A stretch of 31,403 bases of DNA from a virus (taxonomy: Duplodnaviria; Heunggongvirae; Uroviricota; Caudoviricetes), in the IMG/VR virus record IMGVR_UViG_2623620492_000013; one strand, written 5' to 3'. Position 1 is the stretch's first letter, and each line of letters opens with the position of its first letter. Position numbers and translations under genes: made by a program. Shown here in pieces: positions 1-8,013 of this stretch. The notes under the pieces are model-generated. The model did no database searches and was not told the origin of the DNA. It saw only the letters and a list, made by a program, of their open reading frames with translations.

Positions 1-723
1 AACACTCTGACGTTAATGGATAAAGGTTATTACTCACTGGGACTGTTAAATGCCTGGAGCCTGGCGGGAGAACACCGCCACTGGATGATACCTCTCAGAA
101 AGGGAGCGCAATATGAAGAGATCAGAAAACTGGGTAAAGGCGATCATCTGGTGAAGCTGAAAACCAGCCCGCAGGCACGAAAAAAGTGGCCGGGACTGGG
201 AAATGAAGTGACTGCCCGCCTGCTGACCGTGACGCGCAAAGGAAAAGTCTGCCATCTGCTGACGTCGATGACGGACGCCATGCGCTTCCCCGGAGGAGAA
301 ATGGGGGATCTGTACAGTCATCGCTGGGAAATCGAACTGGGATACAGGGAGATAAAACAGACGATGCAACGGAGCAGGCTGACGCTGAGAAGTAAAAAGC
401 CGGAGCTTGTGGAGCAAGAGCTGTGGGGTGTCTTACTGGCTTATAATCTGGTGAGATATCAGATGATTAAAATGGCGGAACATCTGAAAGGTTACTGGCC
501 GAATCAACTGAGTTTCTCAGAATCATGCGGAATGGTGATGAGAATGCTGATGACATTGCAGGGCGCTTCACCGGGACGTATACCGGAGCTGATGCGCGAT
601 CTTGCAAGTATGGGACAACTTGTGAAATTACCGACAAGAAGGGAAAGGGCCTTCCCGAGAGTGGTAAAGGAGAGGCCCTGGAAATACCCCACAGCCCCGA
701 AAAAGAGCCAGTCAGTTGCTTAA
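1..723 (+). CDS. IS4-family DDE transposase, 3' portion (5' end lies outside the window)
   Basis: Reading frame is open from base 1 to the stop at 723. The C-terminus carries the IS4-family signature Y-(2)-R-(3)-E-(6)-K in YSHRWEIELGYREIK. Confidence 0.75.
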   Translation, partial: NTLTLMDKGYYSLGLLNAWSLAGEHRHWMIPLRKGAQYEEIRKLGKGDHLVKLKTSPQARKKWPGLGNEVTARLLTVTRKGKVCHLLTSMTDAMRFPGGEMGDLYSHRWEIELGYREIKQTMQRSRLTLRSKKPELVEQELWGVLLAYNLVRYQMIKMAEHLKGYWPNQLSFSESCGMVMRMLMTLQGASPGRIPELMRDLASMGQLVKLPTRRERAFPRVVKERPWKYPTAPKKSQSVA

Positions 724-736
724 CTGACTGGCATTA

Positions 737-755
737 GGCCCTTAGGGGCCTTTTA
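737..755 (+). terminator. Hairpin plus T-run after the transposase stop
   Basis: ggccc-ttag-gggcc stem-loop followed by tttt. It may instead be part of the IS terminus. Confidence 0.35.
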
Positions 756-791
756 TTCTATGATAAACGGACTTTGTTTGAGAGTGACGCC

Positions 792-1118
792 ATGAAGCCC
801 AAGAAGCTAAATGCTGAGCAGCAATACAAATTAGACCTTGAATTGGTCAAGAAGAAGCCTGCGAACCGGACCGAGGCAAAAGCCCATTTGGCCGCACAGT
901 TACGGATCAGCAAGTACAAGACGCAGACCTCTTCCAAAATCCGCGTAGGCAGTTTTAAGGGGCGGAAGAAGGTACATTTCAGTAAGGCGGAACAAGCAGC
1001 CAGGGCAGCACTAAATAAAGCAAATGCCATTAGATTTTCCGAAGGGGAGGTCGAGTCCGTCGATACGGATAGAATCTCAGAAAGTAACAAACGCTGGCGC
1101 GGGAGAACTGCTGACTAA
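792..1118 (+). CDS. Hypothetical phage protein, basic
   Basis: ORF with ATG at 792 (TTG at 774 is the alternative). Lysine/arginine rich; stop overlaps the next start as TAATG. Confidence 0.5.
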   Translation: MKPKKLNAEQQYKLDLELVKKKPANRTEAKAHLAAQLRISKYKTQTSSKIRVGSFKGRKKVHFSKAEQAARAALNKANAIRFSEGEVESVDTDRISESNKRWRGRTAD

Positions 1119-1372
1119 TGTCTGACTGGAATATTGCTGCAAAGCCGCAGGAAGAACGCGACAAGGTTAATGTTGACCTGGCAGCCTCCGGCGTGGCCTA
1201 CAAAGAGCGCCTGAATATGCCGGTTATCGCCGAGCAGGTAGCTCGTGAGCAACCAGAGCATCTACGAGAGTATTTCATGGATCGCGTGCGGCACTATCGC
1301 GAGCAGAGCGTTGCATTGCCTAAGGCATCTGATCCTCGCTACATTGAAATGACTGAGCAAAATGCAAAATAA
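1118..1372 (+). CDS. Hypothetical phage protein
   Basis: 84-aa ORF translationally coupled to its upstream neighbour. No motif recognised. Confidence 0.5.
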   Translation: MSDWNIAAKPQEERDKVNVDLAASGVAYKERLNMPVIAEQVAREQPEHLREYFMDRVRHYREQSVALPKASDPRYIEMTEQNAK

Positions 1373-1388
1373 ATTTCAGGAGATTCAA

Positions 1389-1649
1389 ATGGAAAATAGC
1401 ATGAGCATCACAACGATTCTTGAAAGAGAAAGGGAGCTTGATGATCTTGTTAAGGTGTGCCTCGATGAGCTTGAGGTGATTGACATCCATGGACAGGTTT
1501 ACTCAATTCCTCTTTCCCACCTAACGAACGCAGAGCAGGTGGTACATTGGGTCTGGAAGATTGCTGAGAGAGGTGATTTCGCCATGGATGTTGTTCGTAA
1601 ATTTACTGAAGTTGCGTCCCATCATGTGGGGTTTGACGCTAAAAAATAA
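1389..1649 (+). CDS. Hypothetical phage protein
   Basis: ORF with AGGAG 7 nt upstream of the ATG at 1389; the alternative start at 1362 lacks an RBS. Confidence 0.5.
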   Translation: MENSMSITTILERERELDDLVKVCLDELEVIDIHGQVYSIPLSHLTNAEQVVHWVWKIAERGDFAMDVVRKFTEVASHHVGFDAKK

Positions 1650-1699
1650 ATCGCCAAGGACCGATTTAATAGCTATACACATGTTTTACATTCCGCTCG

Positions 1700-1728
1700 C
1701 ATCTTAACCAAATCTTTCTTGGTATAAT
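1700..1728 (+). promoter_or_regulatory. Candidate sigma70 promoter with extended -10 (TGgTATAAT)
   Basis: tggtataat at 1720-1728 in an AT-rich intergenic region upstream of the zinc-ribbon ORF. Confidence 0.4.
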
Positions 1729-1767
1729 GATTTTTTACAGGCGAATGACGTGTGAGGTCCGGGATTT

Positions 1768-1965
1768 ATGACTTGTGAAGTATGTAACAAACAACCCCTT
1801 GGACGAAGGGACCCGCCTCTTCCATGCATGGTCTTGCAAGGCGATAAATCCGTTAACTTCAGCCATCACGGACGCGAAGCAAACGAGCGTTATTACAAAT
1901 GCTCGGAATGCGGTCATGAGTGGATGAGAGAGACAGGAAATTGCGGCGAAGGCTGGATTCCTTAA
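1768..1965 (+). CDS. Small zinc-ribbon protein
   Basis: 65 aa with two CxxC pairs (CEVC near the N-terminus, CSEC near the C-terminus). Confidence 0.55.
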   Translation: MTCEVCNKQPLGRRDPPLPCMVLQGDKSVNFSHHGREANERYYKCSECGHEWMRETGNCGEGWIP

Positions 1966-2043
1966 CTATATATTGTCGCTATTCGCAAATTGATTTTCTC
2001 AAATCATCCCGCCATAATTAAGTCGCAGTCGGCCTGAACACCC

Positions 2044-2090
2044 GATTGTGACTTCTGCGCATTTAAGGGGACTTAAATGCGACCACAATC
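2044..2090. repeat. Nested imperfect inverted repeat
   Basis: Perfect 10-bp arms cgcatttaag / cttaaatgcg around a GGGA loop, flanked by outer arms gattgtg / cacaatc. No T-run follows. Confidence 0.6.
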
Positions 2091-2112
2091 TGAAATCCTC
2101 ACCTTGTCACAG

Positions 2113-2142
2113 ATGCAGAAATGCACCTGCGATTTTCTGCAT
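2113..2142. repeat. 9-bp inverted repeat upstream of the ninB RBS
   Basis: atgcagaaa and tttctgcat separated by 12 bp, ending about 18 nt before the RBS aaggagg. Confidence 0.55.
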
Positions 2143-2168
2143 TCTGCGGTTTCCGTTAAGGAGGCCGT

Positions 2169-2624
2169 ATGACTCTTCCAGTAGACGGCATCAAGCTCCA
2201 TCGCGGCAACTTCGCAGCCATCGGTCAGCAGATTCAGCCCTTGCTTGATGCCGGGCAATGCTTTCGCCTTCAGGTTAAGCCGTGGCGCGAGAAGCGCAGC
2301 CTGTCGCAGAACGCTCTCAGCCACATGTGGTACACGGAAATCAGCGAATGCCTCATCACCCGCGGCAAGACCTTCGCTACGCCTGAATGGGTCAAAGACG
2401 CGATGAAGCACACCTATCTCGGCTACGAAAGCAAGGACAGGGTAGACGTCGTGTCCGGAGAGGTAACCACGGTCCAATCCCTCCGCCATACGTCAGAGCT
2501 GGAAACCGGCGAGATGTACATCTTCCTGTGCAAAGTCGAAGCCTGGGCGATGAATATTGGATGCCACCTGACCATTCCGCAGAGCTGCGAGTACCAGCAG
2601 CTGCGCGATAAGCAGGAGGCCTGA
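2169..2624 (+). CDS. ninB: NinB-family recombination protein
   Basis: 151 aa with strong RBS (taaggagg). The RSLSQN...W motif resembles lambda NinB (RSLDQN...LW); sits in a nin-like region. Confidence 0.7.
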   Translation: MTLPVDGIKLHRGNFAAIGQQIQPLLDAGQCFRLQVKPWREKRSLSQNALSHMWYTEISECLITRGKTFATPEWVKDAMKHTYLGYESKDRVDVVSGEVTTVQSLRHTSELETGEMYIFLCKVEAWAMNIGCHLTIPQSCEYQQLRDKQEA

Positions 2625-2794
2625 TGTCTACTCCACTTTCCCGCGTCATCACCAACGAAATCTTCCGCGTTCCGGCGCGCCGCAAGCGTAAGCCAGCGGT
2701 TAAGCCGTCCGACATCCCGACTTTCAAGGACTACACCGCCCGCCTGGTCGATCAGAAATGGCTGCGTCTCGCAGCGAGGAGAAAATCCGCATGA
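2624..2794 (+). CDS. Small basic hypothetical protein (56 aa, absent from the ORF track)
   Basis: ATG overlaps the ninB stop (TGATG) and its stop overlaps the phosphatase start (ATGA), a typical coupled chain of small nin-region genes. Confidence 0.45.
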   Translation: MSTPLSRVITNEIFRVPARRKRKPAVKPSDIPTFKDYTARLVDQKWLRLAARRKSA

Positions 2795-3459
2795 GCATGT
2801 ATCAACGCATTAATGGCGCTGACTGGCGCAATATCTTCGTTGTGGGCGATCTGCATGGGTGCTACACGCTGCTGATGAGTGAGCTCGAAAAAGCTTCGTT
2901 CGACCCGGCGCGTGATTTGCTGATCTCGGTTGGAGACCTTGTTGACCGCGGCGCGGAAAACGTCGAGTGCCTGGAGCTGATTACTATGCCGTGGTTCCGG
3001 GCTGTGCGAGGAAACCATGAGCAGATGATGATTGATGGGCTATCGGAGTATGGGAACGTCAATCACTGGTTGGCAAATGGTGGCGGCTGGTTCTTCAATC
3101 TCGACTATGACAAAGAAGTGCTGGCTAAGGCTCTGGTTCACAAAGCAGCTGAGCTGCCACTCGTCATCGAGCTGGTTACCGCTGAGCGTAAAATCGTTAT
3201 CTGCCACGCTGACTACCCGCATAACGAATATGCGTTCGATAAGCCCATCCCGAAAGATATGGTCATCTGGAATCGTGAGAGGGTTAGCGACGCACAGGAC
3301 GGCATAGTATCGACGATAGCCGGTGCTGATCTGTTTATCTTCGGCCACACCCCAGCGCGCCAGCCCCTGAAGTATGCCAACCAGATGTACATCGACACCG
3401 GCGCCGTGTTCTGCGGAAACCTCACGCTGGTAAAGGTGCAAGGCGGTGAACATGCGTAA
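2791..3459 (+). CDS. Serine/threonine protein phosphatase (lambda PPase-like metallophosphoesterase)
   Basis: Motifs GDLHG, GDLVDRG and GNHE are characteristic of calcineurin-like phosphoesterases. Start taken at the ATG at 2791. Confidence 0.9.
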   Translation: MSMYQRINGADWRNIFVVGDLHGCYTLLMSELEKASFDPARDLLISVGDLVDRGAENVECLELITMPWFRAVRGNHEQMMIDGLSEYGNVNHWLANGGGWFFNLDYDKEVLAKALVHKAAELPLVIELVTAERKIVICHADYPHNEYAFDKPIPKDMVIWNRERVSDAQDGIVSTIAGADLFIFGHTPARQPLKYANQMYIDTGAVFCGNLTLVKVQGGEHA

Positions 3460-4093
3460 ACCATCCCGCCGTAAGTGCAAAGTATGCGGGGAATACTTCG
3501 TGCCGAAATTCCACGATATCCGGATCCGCTGGTGCAGCCCGGAGCACGGCGCAATCCTCGCGATGGAAGAACGTCAAAAGGAGAAGGTGAAAGCCGCTGC
3601 TAAGCGCATTAAGGAGCAGAAGGAGGCAGAGAAGGCCGGGCGCAAACGCCGCAAGGAGAGGCTGGCAGAGCTACGCCCAGCAGGTTACTACAAAGCGCAG
3701 GCTCAGCAGGCATTCAACGCCTACATCCGTGCGCGCGATGCTGATTTGCCATGCATCAGCTGCGGAGAGACCAACCCGCCAGATCTGCATGGCGGCCAAT
3801 GGGACTGCGGCCACTTCAAAACGGTCGGCGCTAACCCTGAACTGCGCTTTGAAGAGCGCAATGCCCATAAGCAGTGCAAATCCTGTAATGCCGGAGCGGG
3901 CAAATATACCGCCAAAGAGGCGACGGTAGCGCAGCAATACGAAGCTGGTCTGGTCGCTCGTTACGGGCAGGAGTACGTGGACTGGCTCAACGGCCCCCAC
4001 GAAATGACCAACTACCGCCGTGAAGACTTCATTCGGATCCGCGATGAATACCGCGCCAAGCTCAAAGCACTGAAACAGTGGGAGGCCGCATGA
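3452..4093 (+). CDS. ninG: NinG/Rap-family recombination protein
   Basis: N-terminal CKVC...WCSPEHG and central PCISCG...WDCGH...HKQCKSCN cysteine clusters match the lambda NinG pattern. Confidence 0.85.
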   Translation: MRKPSRRKCKVCGEYFVPKFHDIRIRWCSPEHGAILAMEERQKEKVKAAAKRIKEQKEAEKAGRKRRKERLAELRPAGYYKAQAQQAFNAYIRARDADLPCISCGETNPPDLHGGQWDCGHFKTVGANPELRFEERNAHKQCKSCNAGAGKYTAKEATVAQQYEAGLVARYGQEYVDWLNGPHEMTNYRREDFIRIRDEYRAKLKALKQWEAA

Positions 4094-4206
4094 ACCAAGC
4101 CGATTTCCTCCGTTACCAGGCAGAAAGCGTTAAGCGCGCCAGCATGCCGCCAGTAGCAAAGCACAGCCAGACCAAAACCAACCAGCCTCAGAAGGAAGCC
4201 GCATAA
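4090..4206 (+). CDS. Small hypothetical protein (38 aa, absent from the ORF track)
   Basis: ATGA overlap with the ninG stop and ATAATG overlap with the Q start. Weak evidence. Confidence 0.3.
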   Translation: MNQADFLRYQAESVKRASMPPVAKHSQTKTNQPQKEAA

Positions 4207-4706
4207 TGAAACTGGAATTAACCAACGACCAGCATCAATGGGTAGACCAGTGGCTCCAGTTGTGGGGCGCATGGTGCCAGACCGGCAAGATTGATAAAGC
4301 GATGATCAACATGATTGCCAGATTCATGGCTACCGTCGAGCCCCAGCAAGCATCACGACCGGTATGTAGTGATGATGACGGGATGCTCATTGATGCTGTC
4401 ATTCGTCACTATCTGAAGAATGTGGATGAAAATGCCTGGCGGGTTGTCTTCGCCTACTACGTTTGTAACTCCAGCGAGATCCGAATTGCATCATGGCAGC
4501 ATGCAGTAAGTAAGCCTCGCCTGATGAAGACGCGTGGCGGAAATCAGTATAAACACCCAAGCATCTCGACAATCCGTAGAGAGGTGAAGCAAATCATCAA
4601 TGCCTCACTGTTCTGTTTGTACCAACCGCTGCAAAATGCGTTTAACAATCGCGAAAATGTGAGGAAAATTGCAAAAAATCCTCATAACGCGCTTGCTTTT
4701 CAATGA
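4206..4706 (+). CDS. Late-gene antitermination protein Q
   Basis: Position between the nin genes and the lysis cassette, followed by tandem intrinsic terminators. N-terminal QW/W-rich region resembles Q-family proteins as recalled. Confidence 0.7.
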   Translation: MKLELTNDQHQWVDQWLQLWGAWCQTGKIDKAMINMIARFMATVEPQQASRPVCSDDDGMLIDAVIRHYLKNVDENAWRVVFAYYVCNSSEIRIASWQHAVSKPRLMKTRGGNQYKHPSISTIRREVKQIINASLFCLYQPLQNAFNNRENVRKIAKNPHNALAFQ

Positions 4707-4767
4707 ACAAATGAGCAGAATAAATCGTATATGTTGCCGTTGTTGTGTGTGACATGAATGAATGCCA

Positions 4768-4796
4768 AGCCTCGCCATCGTGCGGGGCTTTTTTAT
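4768..4796 (+). terminator. Intrinsic terminator in the late leader (tR'-like)
   Basis: gcctcgc-catcgt-gcggggc hairpin followed by a 7-T run. Confidence 0.55.
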
Positions 4797-4872
4797 TTGC
4801 GGTACGCCGCACACAGAACCCACTACCTGGGACCCTTCGGCCAGAGAGCCGACATTGCCTTACCCTCATCTT

Positions 4873-4897
4873 CCTGGCTTGTCGCCAGGTTTTTTAT
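4873..4897 (+). terminator. Second intrinsic terminator in the late leader
   Basis: cctggc-ttgtc-gccagg hairpin followed by a T-run. Confidence 0.55.
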
Positions 4898-4995
4898 TCC
4901 AGGCCGCAGACAATCAATTCCAGATGCCACGTAGCTAACGTGTCTGACGGCCTTTCCCCTACTACCACACAGCACCCCGGAACCGGAGGTGTGGA

Positions 4996-5316
4996 ATGCA
5001 ACGTATGAACCCAACAGATGGACACAATCTGCCTTACTGGTGGTCAACTCTTCTGGGGTTATTTTCCGTTCTCAGTTTACAGGACTACGTCTTTATTCTC
5101 GGCGCGCTGGTCTCTGCATACTTCACGATTAAGACCTATTACGCGAAACGGAAAGAAGAGCGTGAACGGCTGGAAGAAGAAAAGAAACGTACACAGTTAC
5201 TGGCTAAATACCTTGCTGAGGTAAGCGAGAAACCCCACTCCGAACGTCCGGCATCTGCCGAGGTTGTAACGGAGGCAATGCGGAGAATGTCCAGTGGCGA
5301 ACTTGAAGCTGAGTAA
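4996..5316 (+). CDS. Holin
   Basis: 106 aa with two hydrophobic segments and a highly charged C-terminus; GGAGG RBS; first gene of the lysis cassette. Confidence 0.8.
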   Translation: MQRMNPTDGHNLPYWWSTLLGLFSVLSLQDYVFILGALVSAYFTIKTYYAKRKEERERLEEEKKRTQLLAKYLAEVSEKPHSERPASAEVVTEAMRRMSSGELEAE

Positions 5317-5824
5317 GAAGAGTGGCGCGGCCGGGATCGTTTGTTCAGTGGCTACAATTATCGCAATCGTGATGAATGCGGGCCATGTCAGGACTAACGA
5401 GCGCGGGCTGGAGTTAATCGGCAACGCTGAATCTTGCCGACGTGATCCGTATGTGTGCCCGGCAGGTGTGCTTACTGACGGAATGGGTAATACGCATGGC
5501 GTAAAGCTCGGAACCGTTAAGTCTGACCAGCAGATCGCAGCCGAGTGGGAGCGCAACATCCTTGATGCTGAGTTCTGTGTTAACCGCTACGGGAATGGCA
5601 GAAAGCTATCTGACAATACTTTCTCGGCAGCTGTATCGGTAACGTTTCGTGCTGGCTGCGGAAACATGCGCACCTCCACGATGTTCTCTCTTCTCAGAAG
5701 TGGGGATATCACGGCGGCATGCAACCAGTTCCCTCGCTGGGTATGGGGGGGAGGCAAGGTTCTGCCTGGTCTGGTTACTCGTGCCGGAAAAGAAGAAGCG
5801 CTCTGCCTGGACGGTGTGAAATGA
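5294..5824 (+). CDS. SAR endolysin (phage lysozyme, P21 R-like)
   Basis: N-terminal Gly/Ala-rich signal-anchor-release segment ([16 protein letters not shown]) and ELIGNAE...DPY.CPAGV...GNTHG lysozyme motifs. GTG start at 5294 overlaps the holin end. Confidence 0.85.
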   Translation: MANLKLSKKSGAAGIVCSVATIIAIVMNAGHVRTNERGLELIGNAESCRRDPYVCPAGVLTDGMGNTHGVKLGTVKSDQQIAAEWERNILDAEFCVNRYGNGRKLSDNTFSAAVSVTFRAGCGNMRTSTMFSLLRSGDITAACNQFPRWVWGGGKVLPGLVTRAGKEEALCLDGVK

Positions 5825-6282
5825 GCCGGTTAACAGCAATCATCTGTGCTTTCGTTATATGTCTGCTGGTCTCCATGGACTGGGCGATTAACCATTACCG
5901 CGAAAACGCCATCACCTACAAAGAACAGCGCGATAAAGCCACTGAGAAACTCAGCCTGGCTAACGCCACCATAAAAGACATGCAGACCCGCCAGCGAGAG
6001 GTGGCTGCACTGGATGCCAAATACACCGGAGAACTGGCTGATGCGAAAGAAACCATTGAGCGTCTGCATAGCGATGTCATTGCTGGCCGTAAGCGGCTGC
6101 AGCTCAACGCAAACTGTCCCGCGAACGGAACGGCCGGCGCCAGCAGCATGGGCGATGCTTCCGGCCCCCGACTTACTGACTCCGCTGAACGGGATTATTT
6201 CACCCTCAGAGAGCGAATCGTCACAGTGACGAAGCAGGTCGGCTATCTGCAGGACTACATCAAAGAGCAATGTATTGAGTGA
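5821..6282 (+). CDS. Rz: i-spanin Rz
   Basis: N-terminal transmembrane segment then coiled-coil region; follows the endolysin; contains an embedded out-of-frame lipoprotein ORF. Confidence 0.85.
   Translation: MSRLTAIICAFVICLLVSMDWAINHYRENAITYKEQRDKATEKLSLANATIKDMQTRQREVAALDAKYTGELADAKETIERLHSDVIAGRKRLQLNANCPANGTAGASSMGDASGPRLTDSAERDYFTLRERIVTVTKQVGYLQDYIKEQCIE
6044..6229 (+). CDS. Rz1: o-spanin Rz1 (lipoprotein embedded in Rz, +1 frame)
   Basis: [20 protein letters not shown] has a lipobox; Pro-rich mature part; lies wholly inside Rz. Confidence 0.8.
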   Translation, partial: RKKPLSVCIAMSLLAVSGCSSTQTVPRTERPAPAAWAMLPAPDLLTPLNGIISPSESESSQ

Positions 6283-6345
6283 TTTGGCTTTCAATAATTT
6301 GGGAATGTGCAATATATTAACCACCAAAACTATATGGAGGTTAAT

Positions 6346-7029
6346 ATGTCTGCTTGGGAGTGTCCTTTTTGCGGTAGGTTGGCTGTTTATGATTCAATGC
6401 AGAAAAAACGTGATAGCTTCTCAGTTTCTGGGGATACCAAGTTTGGAGTCCTCGTTTTCGAGTCTTTCGTAAACATCTGCCCAAACCCAGAATGCAAAGA
6501 ATTTACATACATTACAACGATGTCTACAGGAAAATATCAGGCCGGTTACTATATACCTGATGATCTCCTAGAGACGTGGGTTAACAGGCCTAACGGAATT
6601 TTTAAACAGTTTCCTGATTATGTGCCGAAGCCGATTTTAGATGACTATAAAGAGGCGGTCTTAATCAAAAACCTTTCACCTAAAGCTTCTGCAACTTTGT
6701 CACGCAGGTGTCTTCAAGGAATGATTAGGAGCGTCTGGAATGTTAAGCCCGCGAGACTTGTTGACGAAATAAAAGCCATCGAGGGGCAGATTGAATCGAA
6801 TGTTTGGAAAGCAATCGATGCCGTAAGGAATATTGGCAACATTGGCGCTCATATGGAAAATGATATCAATATCATTGTTGATGTCGATCCAGACGAAGCT
6901 GAGATGCTGATAGGCCTCCTCGAGCTTCTGATTCAAGAGTGGTATGTTGAAAAGCATGAAAGGCAACTACGAATTGACGCCATTACCGCTTTAGCGGCTG
7001 AGAAAAAAGCATTAAAACAAACAAAATAA
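6346..7029 (+). CDS. Zinc-ribbon plus DUF4145-like domain protein (candidate defence/abortive-infection moron)
   Basis: Strong RBS (GGAGG) before ATG 6346. N-terminal CPFC...CPNPEC zinc ribbon. C-terminal VRNIGNIGAHMEND...EAEMLIGLLELLIQEWY matches the DUF4145 pattern as recalled. Gene is AT-rich relative to its neighbours and has its own terminator. Confidence 0.6.
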   Translation: MSAWECPFCGRLAVYDSMQKKRDSFSVSGDTKFGVLVFESFVNICPNPECKEFTYITTMSTGKYQAGYYIPDDLLETWVNRPNGIFKQFPDYVPKPILDDYKEAVLIKNLSPKASATLSRRCLQGMIRSVWNVKPARLVDEIKAIEGQIESNVWKAIDAVRNIGNIGAHMENDINIIVDVDPDEAEMLIGLLELLIQEWYVEKHERQLRIDAITALAAEKKALKQTK

Positions 7030-7052
7030 ACCGCCTACGGGCGGTTTTTTGT
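7028..7052 (+). terminator. Intrinsic terminator
   Basis: ccgcc-tacg-ggcgg hairpin followed by tttttt. Confidence 0.65.
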
Positions 7053-7116
7053 TGCCATCACCATGGGGTAGCCCATCGTAATGGCAATATCCACATAAGC
7101 GGATAGAGAGGCCTCA

Positions 7117-7320
7117 ATGTCCGACACCTACCAAATCACTATCACCACTACATCGAAAGATACGTTCACTGGCACGATGAATCGAAGCCAGCCTGAAATC
7201 GTTAATGGGTTCGTGGCATTGGCTACCGACACGGGTGAATGGCGTTACTTTCGGCCGGACAGCGTGGAGCAGTTCCACTTTGTACCAGTGTTAGAAGAAA
7301 AAGCATCAGAGGACGCTTAG
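7117..7320 (+). CDS. Hypothetical small protein (67 aa)
   Basis: Stand-alone ORF in the AT-rich moron island. Confidence 0.45.
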   Translation: MSDTYQITITTTSKDTFTGTMNRSQPEIVNGFVALATDTGEWRYFRPDSVEQFHFVPVLEEKASEDA

Positions 7321-7343
7321 TTGCCGCCCCCTGATGGGATTTG

Positions 7344-7517
7344 TTACTGATCTACCATTACACTATGAATAGTAAGGCCGTTCTTATCTTTGAAAACCAC
7401 CGTTAAAGGCAATTCTTTGTCTTGTTCTGGGTTCCCTGTTTTGAGAGAGAGGACATCAATTTTCAATTCATAATTCCCAGTACTGATAAGCATTTTTGCG
7501 AAGTCTTCGAGTGTCAT
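7344..7517 (-). CDS. Hypothetical small protein (57 aa)
   Basis: Reverse-strand ORF with AGGAGG RBS before the ATG at 7517 (MTLEDF...). Convergent with the 67-aa gene and divergent from terS. Confidence 0.5.
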   Translation of the reverse strand: MTLEDFAKMLISTGNYELKIDVLSLKTGNPEQDKELPLTVVFKDKNGLTIHSVMVDQ

Positions 7518-7575
7518 TATTCCTCCTGTTAAAACCATATTATCGGGAAGTGGCACATAACCTTTAAGGAAATAT

Positions 7576-8013
7576 ATGGCGACCAAACAAAAAACTGGCC
7601 GCCCTTCTGATTATTTACCAGAGGTGGCTGCTGACATCTGCTCACTGCTTGCCGATGGGGAAAGCCTGCGCAAAGTTTGTGATCGACCAGGGATGCCTAA
7701 CAAGGCGACGGTGTTCCGCTGGCTGGCGCAGCATGCAGAGTTTCGCGACCAATACGCGAAAGCCACTGAGACACGCGCTGATGCGATTTTCGAAGATATG
7801 TTCGATATTGCTGACGGTGTGAATGAAGAGGCTGCCGCAGTAGCTAAAGCACGTCTTCGCATTGACACGCGAAAATGGGCCCTGGCCCGCATGAACCCGA
7901 AGAAGTACGGCGACAAAGTCAGCCAGGAAATCGACCACAAATCATCTGACGGAACCATGACCCCAAAGCCAACAATCATCCAGCTACTACCTGTTGAGCC
8001 AAAGCATGAGTAA
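7576..8013 (+). CDS. Terminase small subunit
   Basis: 145 aa with N-terminal HTH-like region, immediately upstream of and overlapping terL. Confidence 0.8.
   Translation: MATKQKTGRPSDYLPEVAADICSLLADGESLRKVCDRPGMPNKATVFRWLAQHAEFRDQYAKATETRADAIFEDMFDIADGVNEEAAAVAKARLRIDTRKWALARMNPKKYGDKVSQEIDHKSSDGTMTPKPTIIQLLPVEPKHE

Larger units (their letters stand above)
1..760 (+). mobile_element. Partial IS element (IS4 family), right end near 740-760
   Basis: Transposase fragment plus a short hairpin and T-run after its stop. The exact terminal inverted repeat cannot be defined without the left end. Confidence 0.5.

Noticed and set aside
46-417. Reverse-strand ORF (123 aa) inside the transposase fragment
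   Set aside because: Antisense to a gene with a clear family signature; likely spurious.
2048-2489. ORFs 2048-2248 (+) and 2073-2489 (-) overlapping ninB and the upstream hairpin region
   Set aside because: They overlap a gene with a strong RBS and recognisable family, and one begins inside the inverted repeat. More likely the hairpins are regulatory and these ORFs are noise.
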